This document shows positions 60,202 through 60,414 of a DNA stretch of 60,414 nucleotides, piece after piece. Below the pieces are notes generated by a model. The model was given only the letters and a program-made list of their open reading frames with translations. It was not told the DNA's origin and ran no database searches. Each line of letters opens with the position of its first letter. The stretch's first letter is position 1. The stretch comes from Candidatus Woesearchaeota archaeon. Lineage in GTDB: Archaea; Nanobdellota; Nanobdellia; Woesearchaeales; WAPY01. The stretch covers positions 432,043 to 492,456 of the forward strand of contig JBNAUL010000001.1 of NCBI GenBank assembly GCA_049700835.1, given 5' to 3'. The position numbers were made by a program, and so were the translations under genes.

Positions 60202-60414
60202 ATTAAGAAGAGCAAGCAAGTAAGGAAAAAAATAGTCAGAACTCTAAAAAACCCTTCTTTCAGAACAAATTGTTCCTCAATAAATAAACTTAATAAACTT
60301 CAACTTATGCTTTTCTTAATGCTTTTAACAACATTCTTCTTTTACGATTTAAACATAAAATCAAAAGAACAAGTTTTTGGTTTTAGGGCAATAGCTTATG
60401 TTTTTTCTTCTTGC
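60202..60414 (+). CDS. 5' part of a probable secreted/membrane protein running off the window end
   Basis: GAGGTG (60191-60196), ATT 5 nt later, frame open to the end: IKKSKQVRKK...LQLMLFLMLLTTFFFY...; first ATG only at 60307. Confidence 0.5.
   Translation, partial: MKKSKQVRKKIVRTLKNPSFRTNCSSINKLNKLQLMLFLMLLTTFFFYDLNIKSKEQVFGFRAIAYVFSSC

Noticed and set aside
1..60414. Numerous 60-150 aa ORFs in the track antisense to or nested in long genes
   Set aside because: Shadow frames rich in F/L/S/I from the A-rich coding strand; no motifs or SD support

Overview
AT-rich archaeal chromosome segment. Archaeal uS7, aIF1A, Dph2, intron-containing tRNAs and BRE/TATA promoters occur with bacterial-type DnaK/DnaJ/GrpE, NagB and LspA. 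This gene mix best fits a DPANN (Woesearchaeota-like) genome, which is inference; one 100-N assembly gap is present. Left part (1-15.3 kb): pilin-type and Cys-rich surface proteins, valS, a kinase-fold membrane protein, an SplB-like radical SAM enzyme, four tRNAs (two with introns), a prepilin peptidase and two catalytically degenerate HIT proteins. Centre (~15.4-41.3 kb) is the main signal. It is a surface-polysaccharide locus (Wzm, Wzt, a stand-alone Wzt carbohydrate-binding-domain protein, GT2/GT4 glycosyltransferases, an interrupted nucleotidyltransferase) co-oriented with seven consecutive radical SAM genes. Those genes carry nine intact CxxxCxxC domains (seven SPASM/Twitch-type, two cobalamin-binding) and two dead domains, and a truncated eighth paralog lies nearby. 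Paralogs share 100%-identical 109-151 bp DNA tracts. One radical SAM enzyme and one glycosyltransferase share a coiled-coil plus amphipathic tail reminiscent of WbdD chain-length rulers, and the glycosyltransferase's coil is built from a perfect 117-bp tandem repeat. Best hypothesis: an uncharacterised radical-chemistry glycan tailoring/capping and export system. Right part (41.5-60.4 kb): surface proteins, a stand-alone CARF-like protein, the hsp20-grpE-dnaK-dnaJ cluster with inserted genes, rps7, a short dph2, sppA, aIF1A and lspA. Also notable: a tRNA-Met intron with antisense elements to its own tRNA, and several ORFs apparently starting at CTG/ATT behind strong Shine-Dalgarno motifs. No CRISPR array, rRNA or transposase was seen.
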